Assembly: GCA_903860135.1 (NCBI GenBank)
Contig: CAIOPG010000017.1
Location: forward strand, 203,364 to 267,363
Source: Candidatus Omnitrophota bacterium
GTDB lineage: Bacteria > Omnitrophota > Gorgyraeia > Zapsychrales > Fredricksoniimonadaceae
Reading direction: 5' to 3'
DNA length: 64,000 nt
Positions 10,271 to 18,857 of this stretch are shown here, piece by piece (position 1 is the first letter of the stretch; the number at the start of each line of letters is the position of its first letter). Both the position numbers and the translations under genes were made by a program. The notes under the pieces are model-generated. The model saw nothing but the letters and a program-made list of their open reading frames with translations, ran no database searches and was not told the DNA's origin.

Positions 10271-11491
10271 TTAAACATCCACCGCGCGATAACACCGCGT
10301 CGGCTGATGACTATCGGTCATGACCGCACACCTGTTACAGTTCAGGCATTTGGCTTTCCAGCCGTGATCCGCGATCAATTGATCAACGAGATCCGGTTCA
10401 CTGATAAACGGCCGCGACAAACCAACCATATCCGTTGCACCCCGTTCAACGGCAGTGGACATCTCTTGCCCTGTCCTGAAGCCACCAACAGAAATAATGG
10501 GGATCGCCGTGTGCTGTTTGGCCTGCCTGGCATAAGCCAGATTGTACATCGGAGAGAACAGCCTGATACCCGGCCTCATGAAGGGATAAAGCACATACCG
10601 GCGCCATAACCGCCCCAGGATCGATGCCGTCTTGTATTTCGGGTTATAGCGCCAGATGGCATCGAGCGGTACTGTCTGCCCCCTGAATATGTTCAAGGCC
10701 CGTTCCATGGTGCCACAACTGATCTCAATGGCATCCACCTTCATTTGATCAAGGAAACGCACCAAATGAATGAGCGGTGCCCCCTCCAAGCCATGCTGAG
10801 GCTGGTCATCGCCGCTGATCTTCACCCATAATGGAAAATCATGGCCACAGCGCTCCCTGACACGTTCAATGATCACTTTCAAAAACTGCGGCCCGATCCC
10901 GGTCTTGCGATCTATCCCAAAAATATCCCGACGGTCATTGATCGACGGCAAAAGGAATTGATGCACCAGATACCCATGCGCCGCATGGATCTGCACCCCA
11001 TCAAAACCTGCCTTTTGACATCTCAAAGCCGCTGTGGCAAAACCTTCTGCCAGCGCCCAGGCTTCGCTGGTTGTCAAGGCTTTCACCTTGACGCCAAAAT
11101 ACGCAGAACTCTGGCTGGATGCCCCGCGTGCCCAGCCACCCACGGCGCGGGCCGACGTCTGCCGCCCGCTATGCGCGATCTGCATGAGCACCTTGCCGCC
11201 ACGGGCATGGACCAGGCCGGTCATGGTTTTATACAGAGGGATCTTTGCGTCATCCTCGATCCCCGCCTGCCCCGGTTGCATCGCCCGCCCGCAAGGCGTG
11301 ACATACGCAAATCCCGTCAACAAAGCACCGATATGCTGCCCGGCCAAAGCCGCGTAAAGATCAAGGTATGCCTTTGTCGGCCGTCCGTCATCGTCGCACA
11401 GCCCTTCAAACGTCGCCGATCTCACGATCCGGTTCGCCAGGGTCAGGCGGCCTGTGGCCACGGGCTGAAAAAGTTTATCCATACGCCTCAT
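10271..11491 (-). CDS. NADH:flavin oxidoreductase (old yellow enzyme family)
   Basis: NRIVRSAT, QIAHSGR, GFDGVQIHAAHGYL, C-terminal CLNCNRC. Confidence 0.9.
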   Translation of the reverse strand: MRRMDKLFQPVATGRLTLANRIVRSATFEGLCDDDGRPTKAYLDLYAALAGQHIGALLTGFAYVTPCGRAMQPGQAGIEDDAKIPLYKTMTGLVHARGGKVLMQIAHSGRQTSARAVGGWARGASSQSSAYFGVKVKALTTSEAWALAEGFATAALRCQKAGFDGVQIHAAHGYLVHQFLLPSINDRRDIFGIDRKTGIGPQFLKVIIERVRERCGHDFPLWVKISGDDQPQHGLEGAPLIHLVRFLDQMKVDAIEISCGTMERALNIFRGQTVPLDAIWRYNPKYKTASILGRLWRRYVLYPFMRPGIRLFSPMYNLAYARQAKQHTAIPIISVGGFRTGQEMSTAVERGATDMVGLSRPFISEPDLVDQLIADHGWKAKCLNCNRCAVMTDSHQPTRCYRAVDV

Positions 11492-12495
11492 GACCTCGGA
11501 TTGGCATGCAGGTCAAACAGGAAGCCTACCAGCATATACGACATGAGAAATAACCATAACGCCAGCTCGGGATTGAAGAAAGCCACGATCGTTGCCTCAC
11601 CGCAGACACACGCGCGGAAATTCATTTTCAACGACGCATAGGTCTTTTCTCCGGTAGCATGGCAATAGTAAAGGAACCCGGTCCAGGCCTGCATCAAAAT
11701 TGTCAAACAGCCTAGGATCACAAAAGTGCTGTTGATCGACACCTCGAGCATATGCGTGGCGCGCAAGATGAAAAATGTTACCGTCGGCAGGAATGTCGCA
11801 AAAAGCGCTATCAGGCGCGCCTTATTGATCCCGTAGCGGACAACAAGGGTTTCCTTCCCGGCCGCTTTATCCCCTTCATAATCCTTGAAATAGGTGTAGA
11901 ACGTCATCAGGCCGTTAATGATCAGGATAAGCAATAATGCGGAAGTACGGTGCGACGCCAGGAAGGATGCCTGGGTCGGGCCGCAGGCATAGAACCCGTA
12001 GAAAGGCGCCATGGTGATCATCAGCCCGAAAACAATATTACCAAGGATGCCATGCCCTTTGGCGTATTCATAAACAATGTTAAATATCACACCGGCCAAA
12101 AGAAAGATCACCGCCACCGGCTCCAGATACAACCACGTCACCGCCGCTGCAAGGATCAACATAACGATCGAAAGCCCCAGCGCCTTGTTGGCATCGAGTT
12201 CACCGGTCACCATGGGGCGTTCGGGCGCGTTGATCCTGTCCTCTTTAAGCCCCAGGTAATCATTGATGATCTGGTTGATCCCCCAGCTTAAAAACAGCAG
12301 GCACAGGATAACGATCTTCTTTTCATCACCAGGCAGAACTTCAATCGTCCTTTCCGGATGATGCCTGGCCAGCAATTCATAATAAGCCACGCCGATCCAC
12401 CCGGCTATCCCGGTCACAAAGGAATAATAAAGCCGCATTGATTTGATATATGCCGTGATGAACTTGATAAAGACCTCCCTGGTATCAGACCCCAT
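11488..12495 (-). CDS. UbiA-family prenyltransferase
   Basis: NDYLGLKEDRINAPERP and KDYEGD Asp-rich motifs, multiple TM segments. Confidence 0.87.
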   Translation of the reverse strand: MGSDTREVFIKFITAYIKSMRLYYSFVTGIAGWIGVAYYELLARHHPERTIEVLPGDEKKIVILCLLFLSWGINQIINDYLGLKEDRINAPERPMVTGELDANKALGLSIVMLILAAAVTWLYLEPVAVIFLLAGVIFNIVYEYAKGHGILGNIVFGLMITMAPFYGFYACGPTQASFLASHRTSALLLILIINGLMTFYTYFKDYEGDKAAGKETLVVRYGINKARLIALFATFLPTVTFFILRATHMLEVSINSTFVILGCLTILMQAWTGFLYYCHATGEKTYASLKMNFRACVCGEATIVAFFNPELALWLFLMSYMLVGFLFDLHANPRS

Positions 12496-12505
12496 CGTTA
12501 TAGAA

Positions 12506-12976
12506 TCAAGCCTTCAACCCATGGAACCACGTGTGCATCATGCCCGCCAGGGCCTTTTGCTCTGACGAAGAGATCTTGCCCATCAAATGTTCAACGGTCT
12601 TGATATACCCCGGCCAGGCGTCATCAAGCAGGCGCGACCCGCGCGCGGAGACCCGGATCACCTTGACCCGCTTGTCGCCGGAACGCGACGAACGCTCGAT
12701 CAATTTCTCACGCTCCAGTTTGTCCAGCAGGCGCGTCATGTTCGACGCTGTGACCATGAGCCGCTTGCCGATATCACACTGACTCAACCCGACATCCCCG
12801 CCCTGATGCTTGATGATCATCAGCACATTCATCTTCGCCGGCGTCAGGTCAAAGGTGTCCAGGTATTTCGAGACCTTGTCGAACAGGACGGTATACACCA
12901 GCACCAGCCCGTAAAAAGCTTCCTCGTAATACTGCCCCTTGCCCGCCTTGATCCCGAAAGCTTCCAGATAATCCAT
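12506..12976 (-). CDS. MarR family transcriptional regulator
   Basis: LTPAKMNVL...SNMTRLLDKLE...DKRVK pattern; GGAGG RBS before ATG 12976. Confidence 0.88.
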   Translation of the reverse strand: MDYLEAFGIKAGKGQYYEEAFYGLVLVYTVLFDKVSKYLDTFDLTPAKMNVLMIIKHQGGDVGLSQCDIGKRLMVTASNMTRLLDKLEREKLIERSSRSGDKRVKVIRVSARGSRLLDDAWPGYIKTVEHLMGKISSSEQKALAGMMHTWFHGLKA

Positions 12977-12998
12977 AGCCCCCTCCATGTCTGGCATA

Positions 12999-13027
12999 AC
13001 AATATCACAACTTAGTTGATATGTCAA
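12999..13027 (-). promoter_or_regulatory. Sigma70-like promoter with overlapping dyad (candidate MarR operator) in the last codons of miaB
   Basis: TTGACA-17 nt-TATTGT on minus strand; imperfect dyad ATATCAAC-TAA-GTTGTGATAT spans the spacer. Confidence 0.6.
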
Positions 13028-14348
13028 CAATCTCGCCTTTGAGCTGATGCGGGGTGGCGCGGGTGATGCGGGCGTTGAGGATATCTCCGGGTTGGGCGAT
13101 GCCGTGCGGCAGGACAACGATCTTGTTGGCGTCATTGCGGCCATAAAGGGCGTTGGCCTTGATATCCCGCGCGCTTTCGATCATGACAGGCTGTATCCGG
13201 CCAACAAGAGCTTTGTTTTTCTGAAGGGAAATATCGGTCTGGAGCCGGTTGATCCGCACGATGCGCGCGGTCTTTTGAGCTTCGGTAACATCATCCTTGA
13301 GCGTTCGCTCGGCCTCGGTGTTGGGCCTGACGGAATATTTAAACATGAACGCCGTATCAAACTGAACCTCGTGCATGAGGCGGACCGTATCTTCGAACTC
13401 GATATCTGTTTCCGTCGGAAATCCAACGATAATATCCGTCGATAAGGCGATGTCCGGGCATGCACGGCGCAAGCGTCCGACCAAAGAAATAAAATCAGCC
13501 CCCGTATAGTGCCGATTCATCAGGGCCAGGACCCGGTCATGACCCGCCTGCAGAGGTAAATGCACCTGTTTGCAAACTTTCGGATTTTCAGCAAGGACAC
13601 GGATCAGGCTGTCCGGAAAATCCTTGGGATGCGGCGATGTAAAACGGATACGCTCGATGCCCTTGACCGTTGATACAGCGCTCAGCAAAGCGGCAAAATC
13701 CTGATCTTCATGCTGATAAGAATTCACATTCTGCCCGAGCAAGGTCACCTGTTTGAAGCCTTCATCGGCCAGGCGCTTCACCTCGTCGAGAATATTGCTC
13801 ACCGACCGACTGCGTTCACGCCCGCGGGTAAAAGGCACAATGCAGAATGAACAGAAATTGTTGCACCCGCGCATGACCGCCACCCAGGCATTGATCCCTG
13901 AAGTGCGCGCCGGGTACACATCCGCATAGGTCTCAAATTCCGACAAGGTCACATCATAGCCGGAATGTTGATCGCGGGCATGGCCCGATTGACACCCCGC
14001 CGCCAGCGCCGACGCCAATAGTCCAGGCAACCGTTTATAACTGTCCGGCCCGGCCACCACATCGAGCGCCAGCGCCTTATCCTCGATCAACTCCTTGCGC
14101 AACCCCGTCGCCATGCACCCCAGGATCCCGATCACCACCGGCCGCCCCTGACGCCGGTGACGGATCTCATGCACATGCCCATACACCTTACGGTGCGCAT
14201 TCTCCCGCACCGAGCACGTATTCAAAAGGACAATATCCGCCGCCGCCTCATCATCCACAAACACATACCCCGCCTCAATAAGGATCGCCCTCACGAGCTC
14301 GGAATCGTATTCGTTCATTTGGCACCCGAAAGTCTGTAAAAATATCAT
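13005..14348 (-). CDS. miaB: tRNA-2-methylthio-N6-dimethylallyladenosine synthase MiaB
   Basis: TFGCQMNEYDSE, NTCSVRE, GCMA, RGCNNFCSFCIVP, RFTSPHP, C-terminal TRAM. Confidence 0.96.
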   Translation of the reverse strand: MIFLQTFGCQMNEYDSELVRAILIEAGYVFVDDEAAADIVLLNTCSVRENAHRKVYGHVHEIRHRRQGRPVVIGILGCMATGLRKELIEDKALALDVVAGPDSYKRLPGLLASALAAGCQSGHARDQHSGYDVTLSEFETYADVYPARTSGINAWVAVMRGCNNFCSFCIVPFTRGRERSRSVSNILDEVKRLADEGFKQVTLLGQNVNSYQHEDQDFAALLSAVSTVKGIERIRFTSPHPKDFPDSLIRVLAENPKVCKQVHLPLQAGHDRVLALMNRHYTGADFISLVGRLRRACPDIALSTDIIVGFPTETDIEFEDTVRLMHEVQFDTAFMFKYSVRPNTEAERTLKDDVTEAQKTARIVRINRLQTDISLQKNKALVGRIQPVMIESARDIKANALYGRNDANKIVVLPHGIAQPGDILNARITRATPHQLKGEIVDISTKL

Positions 14349-14406
14349 CTTAATGCCCCACTGTTATACAGAAATATAAGACTGTTAAATGCATCGCAAC
14401 CTATAT

Positions 14407-15078
14407 TCATCTCAATTCATCAACAGAAAATTCCTTCCCATGAGATGGAAATAATATTTTCGCCCCGCTACTGATAATCCTTGCCCAGCTTTCTTTTACG
14501 ACAATGTAATCTTCAGCCTCGATCGGGTACGGCTTAACACCGAATATGTTCATGGCGGCATCTCCGCAATAAGCTTTACCGTCATCCGTAATCAATGTTA
14601 TAGAATCTGCGCTGTGCCCGGGTGTATCGACAATCACACCATTAATACCGATCTCTTTCAAAACCTCTCTGCCGTCATCCCCAATCACGATATCCGTGTC
14701 ATTTGTAAATATAGGTGAATACGAAATCCTAATGAACAACCTCAGTGCTCTATCGAGCAACTTCAAAGAAAGATTGTACTGTTTAGTCTTTGCTATCTCC
14801 GTGTTTCCATTCTTCAATAAATCTACCTGTTTCTTATGCAATATCAATTTTGCGCCCATTATCGTTCGCAATTCGTTCACAAGCGCGGCATGGTCATGGT
14901 GATGGTGTGTGACCATTATATAGTTAACTTCCCTCGGATCTATACCAGCCTCATACATCTTTCTTAAAAACACGCTCATCTTGCCGTTCCACCCGGCATC
15001 TATCAACAAATATCCACCCTTTGCCCGCAAAAGGTAATAATTGGTATCACTATATCGTATCGTTTTGTGCTCACCCAT
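14407..15078 (-). CDS. MBL-fold metallo-hydrolase
   Basis: THHHHDH, TPGHS, GDA, PSHG motifs; AT-rich relative to flanks. Confidence 0.88.
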   Translation of the reverse strand: MGEHKTIRYSDTNYYLLRAKGGYLLIDAGWNGKMSVFLRKMYEAGIDPREVNYIMVTHHHHDHAALVNELRTIMGAKLILHKKQVDLLKNGNTEIAKTKQYNLSLKLLDRALRLFIRISYSPIFTNDTDIVIGDDGREVLKEIGINGVIVDTPGHSADSITLITDDGKAYCGDAAMNIFGVKPYPIEAEDYIVVKESWARIISSGAKILFPSHGKEFSVDELR

Positions 15079-15099
15079 AATTCATTTCCGAAATTATTG

Positions 15100-15114
15100 C
15101 TCGTCCATCGGTTA
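15100..15114 (-). repeat. Half copy of the miaB-5'-like junction motif
   Basis: TAA CCG ATG GAC GAG matches the CCGATGGAC core of the other copies and miaB CAA ATG AAC GAA. Confidence 0.45.
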
Positions 15115-15134
15115 TAATTAACGGGACACAATAC

Positions 15135-15460
15135 TTATTTCCCCATCCGCCATTTGGCTGGCTTCCCCTTGCCAAGACAAACGATCTTCTTTTCAGCCTT
15201 GAGTGTCCGGAAGACTTTACGGATCATATCAGGATCGATGCCGGAACACGCCCCCCTAACTTCAGTCATCGAAAAATCACCCTGCTGTTTCAGGATCACA
15301 TCCCGAACGATTTCGGTTTTTGCCCCTCTGCGAACAGACAACTCTCCCGCCCGTTCACTGAACTCTTTATACGCTGTCAAAACAGTCACAAGAAAATAAT
15401 GCACCCACGGCATGACATTGTGACGGCTCTCATGCTATTGACGGGAACTTATATTTAGAG
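15135..15460 (-). pseudogene. C-terminal fragment of a Fic-family protein (wHTH part)
   Basis: SSRQ*HESRHNVMPWVHYFL...LGKGKPAKW resembles the Fic C-terminus; in-frame TAG, N-terminus absent. Confidence 0.65.
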
Positions 15461-15530
15461 TTTTATCAATAATAGTGTCAGTTCTCGACTACCCGATGCC
15501 TTGCAGGCACTTGACTAATAATTCCCCATG

Positions 15531-16526
15531 TCAATTCAATTTATTGATCAAATTCACAACCAGCGCCGCTATAACATCTTTTTCCTTTGCCTGACTCTCG
15601 GCGATCAGAAGTGTTATCGCGACCAGCGCATTATCCGCGATGCGCTTGCCCCCGTCAGCCTTGTACAGTATCCTGTTCCGATCAAGGAACCACACGAACA
15701 GGGCGGCCGCAATGCGCTTATTGCCGTCAGAAAATGCATGGTTCTTAACGACCAGATAAAGCAAATTGGCCGCCTTTTCTTCCACGCTGGAATAAAGATC
15801 TTTCCCGCCGAAGGTCTGGTAAACAGCACCCAGGGCACTCTTAAAGGAGGCGTCTTTCTCATTGCCGAACAAGCCGCTGACCCCAAATTTCTGCCGCATC
15901 TGGTCGATCACCCTTAAGCCTTCTTCATAGGTCAACTGATAGCACTCTTTAGCGGTAGACGACTTGATCCGGGTCCGCCCGTGATCATAATCATCCAGAA
16001 CATCCAGGCCATAACTGTAATCACGAATGACCTCGAACAACCCTTTAGCTTCATCGCTAGTCAAAGCCTTGCGCTCGCTCACATCCGCCAGCAATTTCAC
16101 TGCCTGCTGAAGGGTCTTTAGACTGGCCGTATGTTCTTTAAGCCTCTTATCATTGATCGTATACCCCTGAATCAAATGCTGCTTCAAGACATTCGTGGCC
16201 CAGATGCGAAATTGTGTCCCGCGCTTTGATTTAACCCGGTAACCAACAGAGATGATAACGTCCAAGTTATAAAAGACGGTCTCGTACGCTTTACCGTCGC
16301 TAGCAGTTATCCGGAAATTCCGGATAACTGACGACTTAACGAGCTCTTTTTCTTTAAAAATGTTCCCAATGTGCTCATTAATGGTGCGTAGATCTTTACT
16401 AAAAAGCTCTGCCATTTGCTTTTGAGAGAGCCAAACAGTTTCATCCTGTAACTTTACCTCAACAGAAACACCTACCCCCTGCTGGCGAAAAACAATCAAA
16501 TCTGTCTTTTTTACTTTATCATCCAT
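15531..16526 (-). CDS. RhuM/Fic-DOC family protein
   Basis: ETVWLSQKQMAELF, YNLDVIISVGYRVKS (RhuM) and HAFSDGNKR (Fic motif). Confidence 0.92.
   Translation of the reverse strand: MDDKVKKTDLIVFRQQGVGVSVEVKLQDETVWLSQKQMAELFSKDLRTINEHIGNIFKEKELVKSSVIRNFRITASDGKAYETVFYNLDVIISVGYRVKSKRGTQFRIWATNVLKQHLIQGYTINDKRLKEHTASLKTLQQAVKLLADVSERKALTSDEAKGLFEVIRDYSYGLDVLDDYDHGRTRIKSSTAKECYQLTYEEGLRVIDQMRQKFGVSGLFGNEKDASFKSALGAVYQTFGGKDLYSSVEEKAANLLYLVVKNHAFSDGNKRIAAALFVWFLDRNRILYKADGGKRIADNALVAITLLIAESQAKEKDVIAALVVNLINKLN
16304..16330. repeat. Perfect 13-bp inverted repeat within rhuM coding sequence
   Basis: CAGTTATCCGGAA-A-TTCCGGATAACTG. Confidence 0.95.
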
Positions 16527-16576
16527 AAATTATCTCCAAAATCCTCAATATCATCGTGCGTATCTTGCACATACGG

Positions 16577-16642
16577 TCAACCGTAGGTAGTAATATGTAC
16601 GACTTTCCCGAACTCTTTGGAATTAATTGACTTATGTTGCAT
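16577..16642 (-). pseudogene. Mini-ORF resembling the MiaB N-terminus (MQHKSINSKEFGKVVHITTYG*)
   Basis: AAGGA RBS, ends TYG-TGA-CCG where MiaB has TFG-TGC-CAA. Confidence 0.75.
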
Positions 16643-16690
16643 TTCAACTTGTCCTTCACTAATCCAATGGACTGTTACTACGACAGAAAT

Positions 16691-18055
16691 CTATCTATCC
16701 CTGCGTGATGCTCTCTTTAACGCCTCAACAAATCTTGGATTTATATCTCTGCCCAATGATTCAGCCTTGTGCAAATCATCCCACGCCTCATCATATTCTT
16801 TTTTCAAATAAAATGCTGACGACCGATTAATAAACGCTTCAGAAAAATTAGGGTTTAATTGAATGGCCTTATTGAAGTCCAAAATGGCCTGGTCAATATC
16901 GCCTTTGTTTAAATACCCGAACCCTCGATTATGGTAAGCATTGGCATCACGGGGGTTTAATTCTATAGCTTTGTTATAGTCGGAAATGGCTCGACCGTGG
17001 TCATTACTGCTTTGATAGCACACTCCTCGATTATAGTAAACCAGCGCATCAGCAGGGTTTAGTGCAATAGCCCGATTATAGTCAGAAATAGCTCGATCAA
17101 AGTTGCCTATATTTTGATAAACAAGCCCTCGATTATTGAAAGCATCCGCGTCATTAGGATTTAATTCTATAGCTCTACTATAGTCGGAAACGGCTTGGTC
17201 AAGGTTGCTCATTTTTTGATAGACCGCTCCTCGAGCGTAATAGGCATTGGCCAAATTAGGATTTAATCCGACAGCCTTATTAAAATCAGCAATGGCCTGC
17301 TCAAAGTTCCCTTTTTCCGAGTAAGCGTTACCTCGATTAGCAAACACGTCAGCATTATCTGGCTCTAATTCTATGACCTTGCTGTAATCCGAAATGGCCA
17401 GGTCAAAATTGCCCTGAGCTTTATAAACAAGCCCTCGATGATGGTAGACTAGTGCATCTTTAGGATTTAGCTCTATGGCCTTGCTATAGTCAGAAATCGC
17501 CTGAGCATCGTCACCCTTCTTGCCATAAACAAACCCCCTATTAGCATAGGCAATAGCATAATCAGGGGCTAATTCTATAGCTTTGCTATAGTCCAATAGA
17601 GCTTGGTCAAAGTTACCTTTCTTCTTGTAGAAAACACCGCGACTGTTATAGGCATCTGCGTAAGCAGGATCTAATTCTATGGCTTTACTATATTCTGCCA
17701 TAGCCCCGTCAAAGTTTTGTTTTTCCTCATATTCCAGCCCCCTATCATGCGCTTCCTTTGCAGCTTGCCGGTCATTTGAAGAAGTATTGACTGTGGGCCC
17801 TGAAACCTCTAAGATTTTTTGCTCAACCACAACCGTCTTATTGGGCAAAGCTCTCAGTGTTTCAGCCTGATCTTTTCTAATCATGCTAAAAGGAATTGTC
17901 ACTGTTTTGCCGTTGACGTCTTTGAGAGTGACATCGCTATCTGTCTTCTCAAGGATTTCGCCCTTTTTTACAACACCTGACTTTAACTGGACATCTTCAG
18001 GGAAGGCAAGGCCCGAAACCGTCAGGAACGCAGCCAACAGAATAACCTTCTTCAT
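16691..18055 (-). CDS. Exported tetratricopeptide repeat protein
   Basis: Signal peptide plus about ten 34-aa AYxNRG...AIxDYxKAIELxP repeats. Confidence 0.93.
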   Translation of the reverse strand: MKKVILLAAFLTVSGLAFPEDVQLKSGVVKKGEILEKTDSDVTLKDVNGKTVTIPFSMIRKDQAETLRALPNKTVVVEQKILEVSGPTVNTSSNDRQAAKEAHDRGLEYEEKQNFDGAMAEYSKAIELDPAYADAYNSRGVFYKKKGNFDQALLDYSKAIELAPDYAIAYANRGFVYGKKGDDAQAISDYSKAIELNPKDALVYHHRGLVYKAQGNFDLAISDYSKVIELEPDNADVFANRGNAYSEKGNFEQAIADFNKAVGLNPNLANAYYARGAVYQKMSNLDQAVSDYSRAIELNPNDADAFNNRGLVYQNIGNFDRAISDYNRAIALNPADALVYYNRGVCYQSSNDHGRAISDYNKAIELNPRDANAYHNRGFGYLNKGDIDQAILDFNKAIQLNPNFSEAFINRSSAFYLKKEYDEAWDDLHKAESLGRDINPRFVEALKRASRRDR

Positions 18056-18141
18056 TTACTCACTCCAATCAATCGACATTGTTAAGCCCGTAAATCCGTC
18101 TCAAGAATACTCCAAAAGCCGTAAGATAGTGCACCCATCGG

Positions 18142-18177
18142 TCAGCCGTAGGTTGCTGGGAAGACTTTCTTATTCAC
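18142..18177 (-). pseudogene. Mini-ORF resembling the MiaB N-terminus (VNKKVFPATYG*)
   Basis: GTG start, TYG-TGA-CCG-ATG; 18115-18153 is 35/39 identical to 22853-22891. Confidence 0.75.
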
Positions 18178-18476
18178 AATTACTCTACCCATGAGCAGTT
18201 ACATCAAAATATTTTCCTTATATGACATTTTAAATACCCTAAGAACCATACTCGTTGATCGGCACGTGTTCAAAAGGCCACACAATTTATTATCTACATG
18301 CCTGCGTACATCCACCATCACAAACCTTCTTGTATAACCTATCCGCCTCGGAGAAATTCCTTTCTTTTGCTAATAAAGTTTCTTCATTTCCCCTTCAATC
18401 ACTCGACAATGTCAGACCAGTAAATCCTCTTCAAAAACGCGAAAATCGGGACACACTATTATTTCTATCTTGCCCC

Positions 18477-18803
18477 TCAATCGCCACTCTTCTTCAGCCG
18501 ATCCTTGCCCTTCTTAGTTAAACGATATTTCTGCAACCGACTATTAGGCTTATCGGGAATAGTAAATTCCACCAAAGAATCCGATACAAGTTTCTTTAAA
18601 ACATTCTTGAGCTGTCCGGAAACCTGCCGCTGACCCAACTCCTTCGATATATGAGATAAAGGCAAAGAACCATCCTTTAACAGGAACAAAACATGTTCCT
18701 CTAATGACTTGTACTGTTCTTGTACTGGTCTTGTACTGGTCTTCGGCTGCGACTTCGGCTGTGAATCTACCTTTGCTAGAGCATTCTTTCGCCAAACGGT
18801 CAA
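18477..18803 (-). pseudogene. C-terminal wHTH fragment of a Fic/ATP-binding regulator
   Basis: TIPDKPNSRLQKYRLT C-terminal motif, repeat linker, N-terminal domain missing. Confidence 0.7.
18708..18764. repeat. Tandem repeats: 3x 11 nt (CTTGTACTGKT) plus 2x 12 nt (CTTCGGCTGYGA)
   Basis: Read directly. Confidence 0.9.
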
Positions 18804-18857
18804 AATAAAGAATCAAACACGATCAGCAGCACCCCCGCTATTTTTCTGAACATCATT

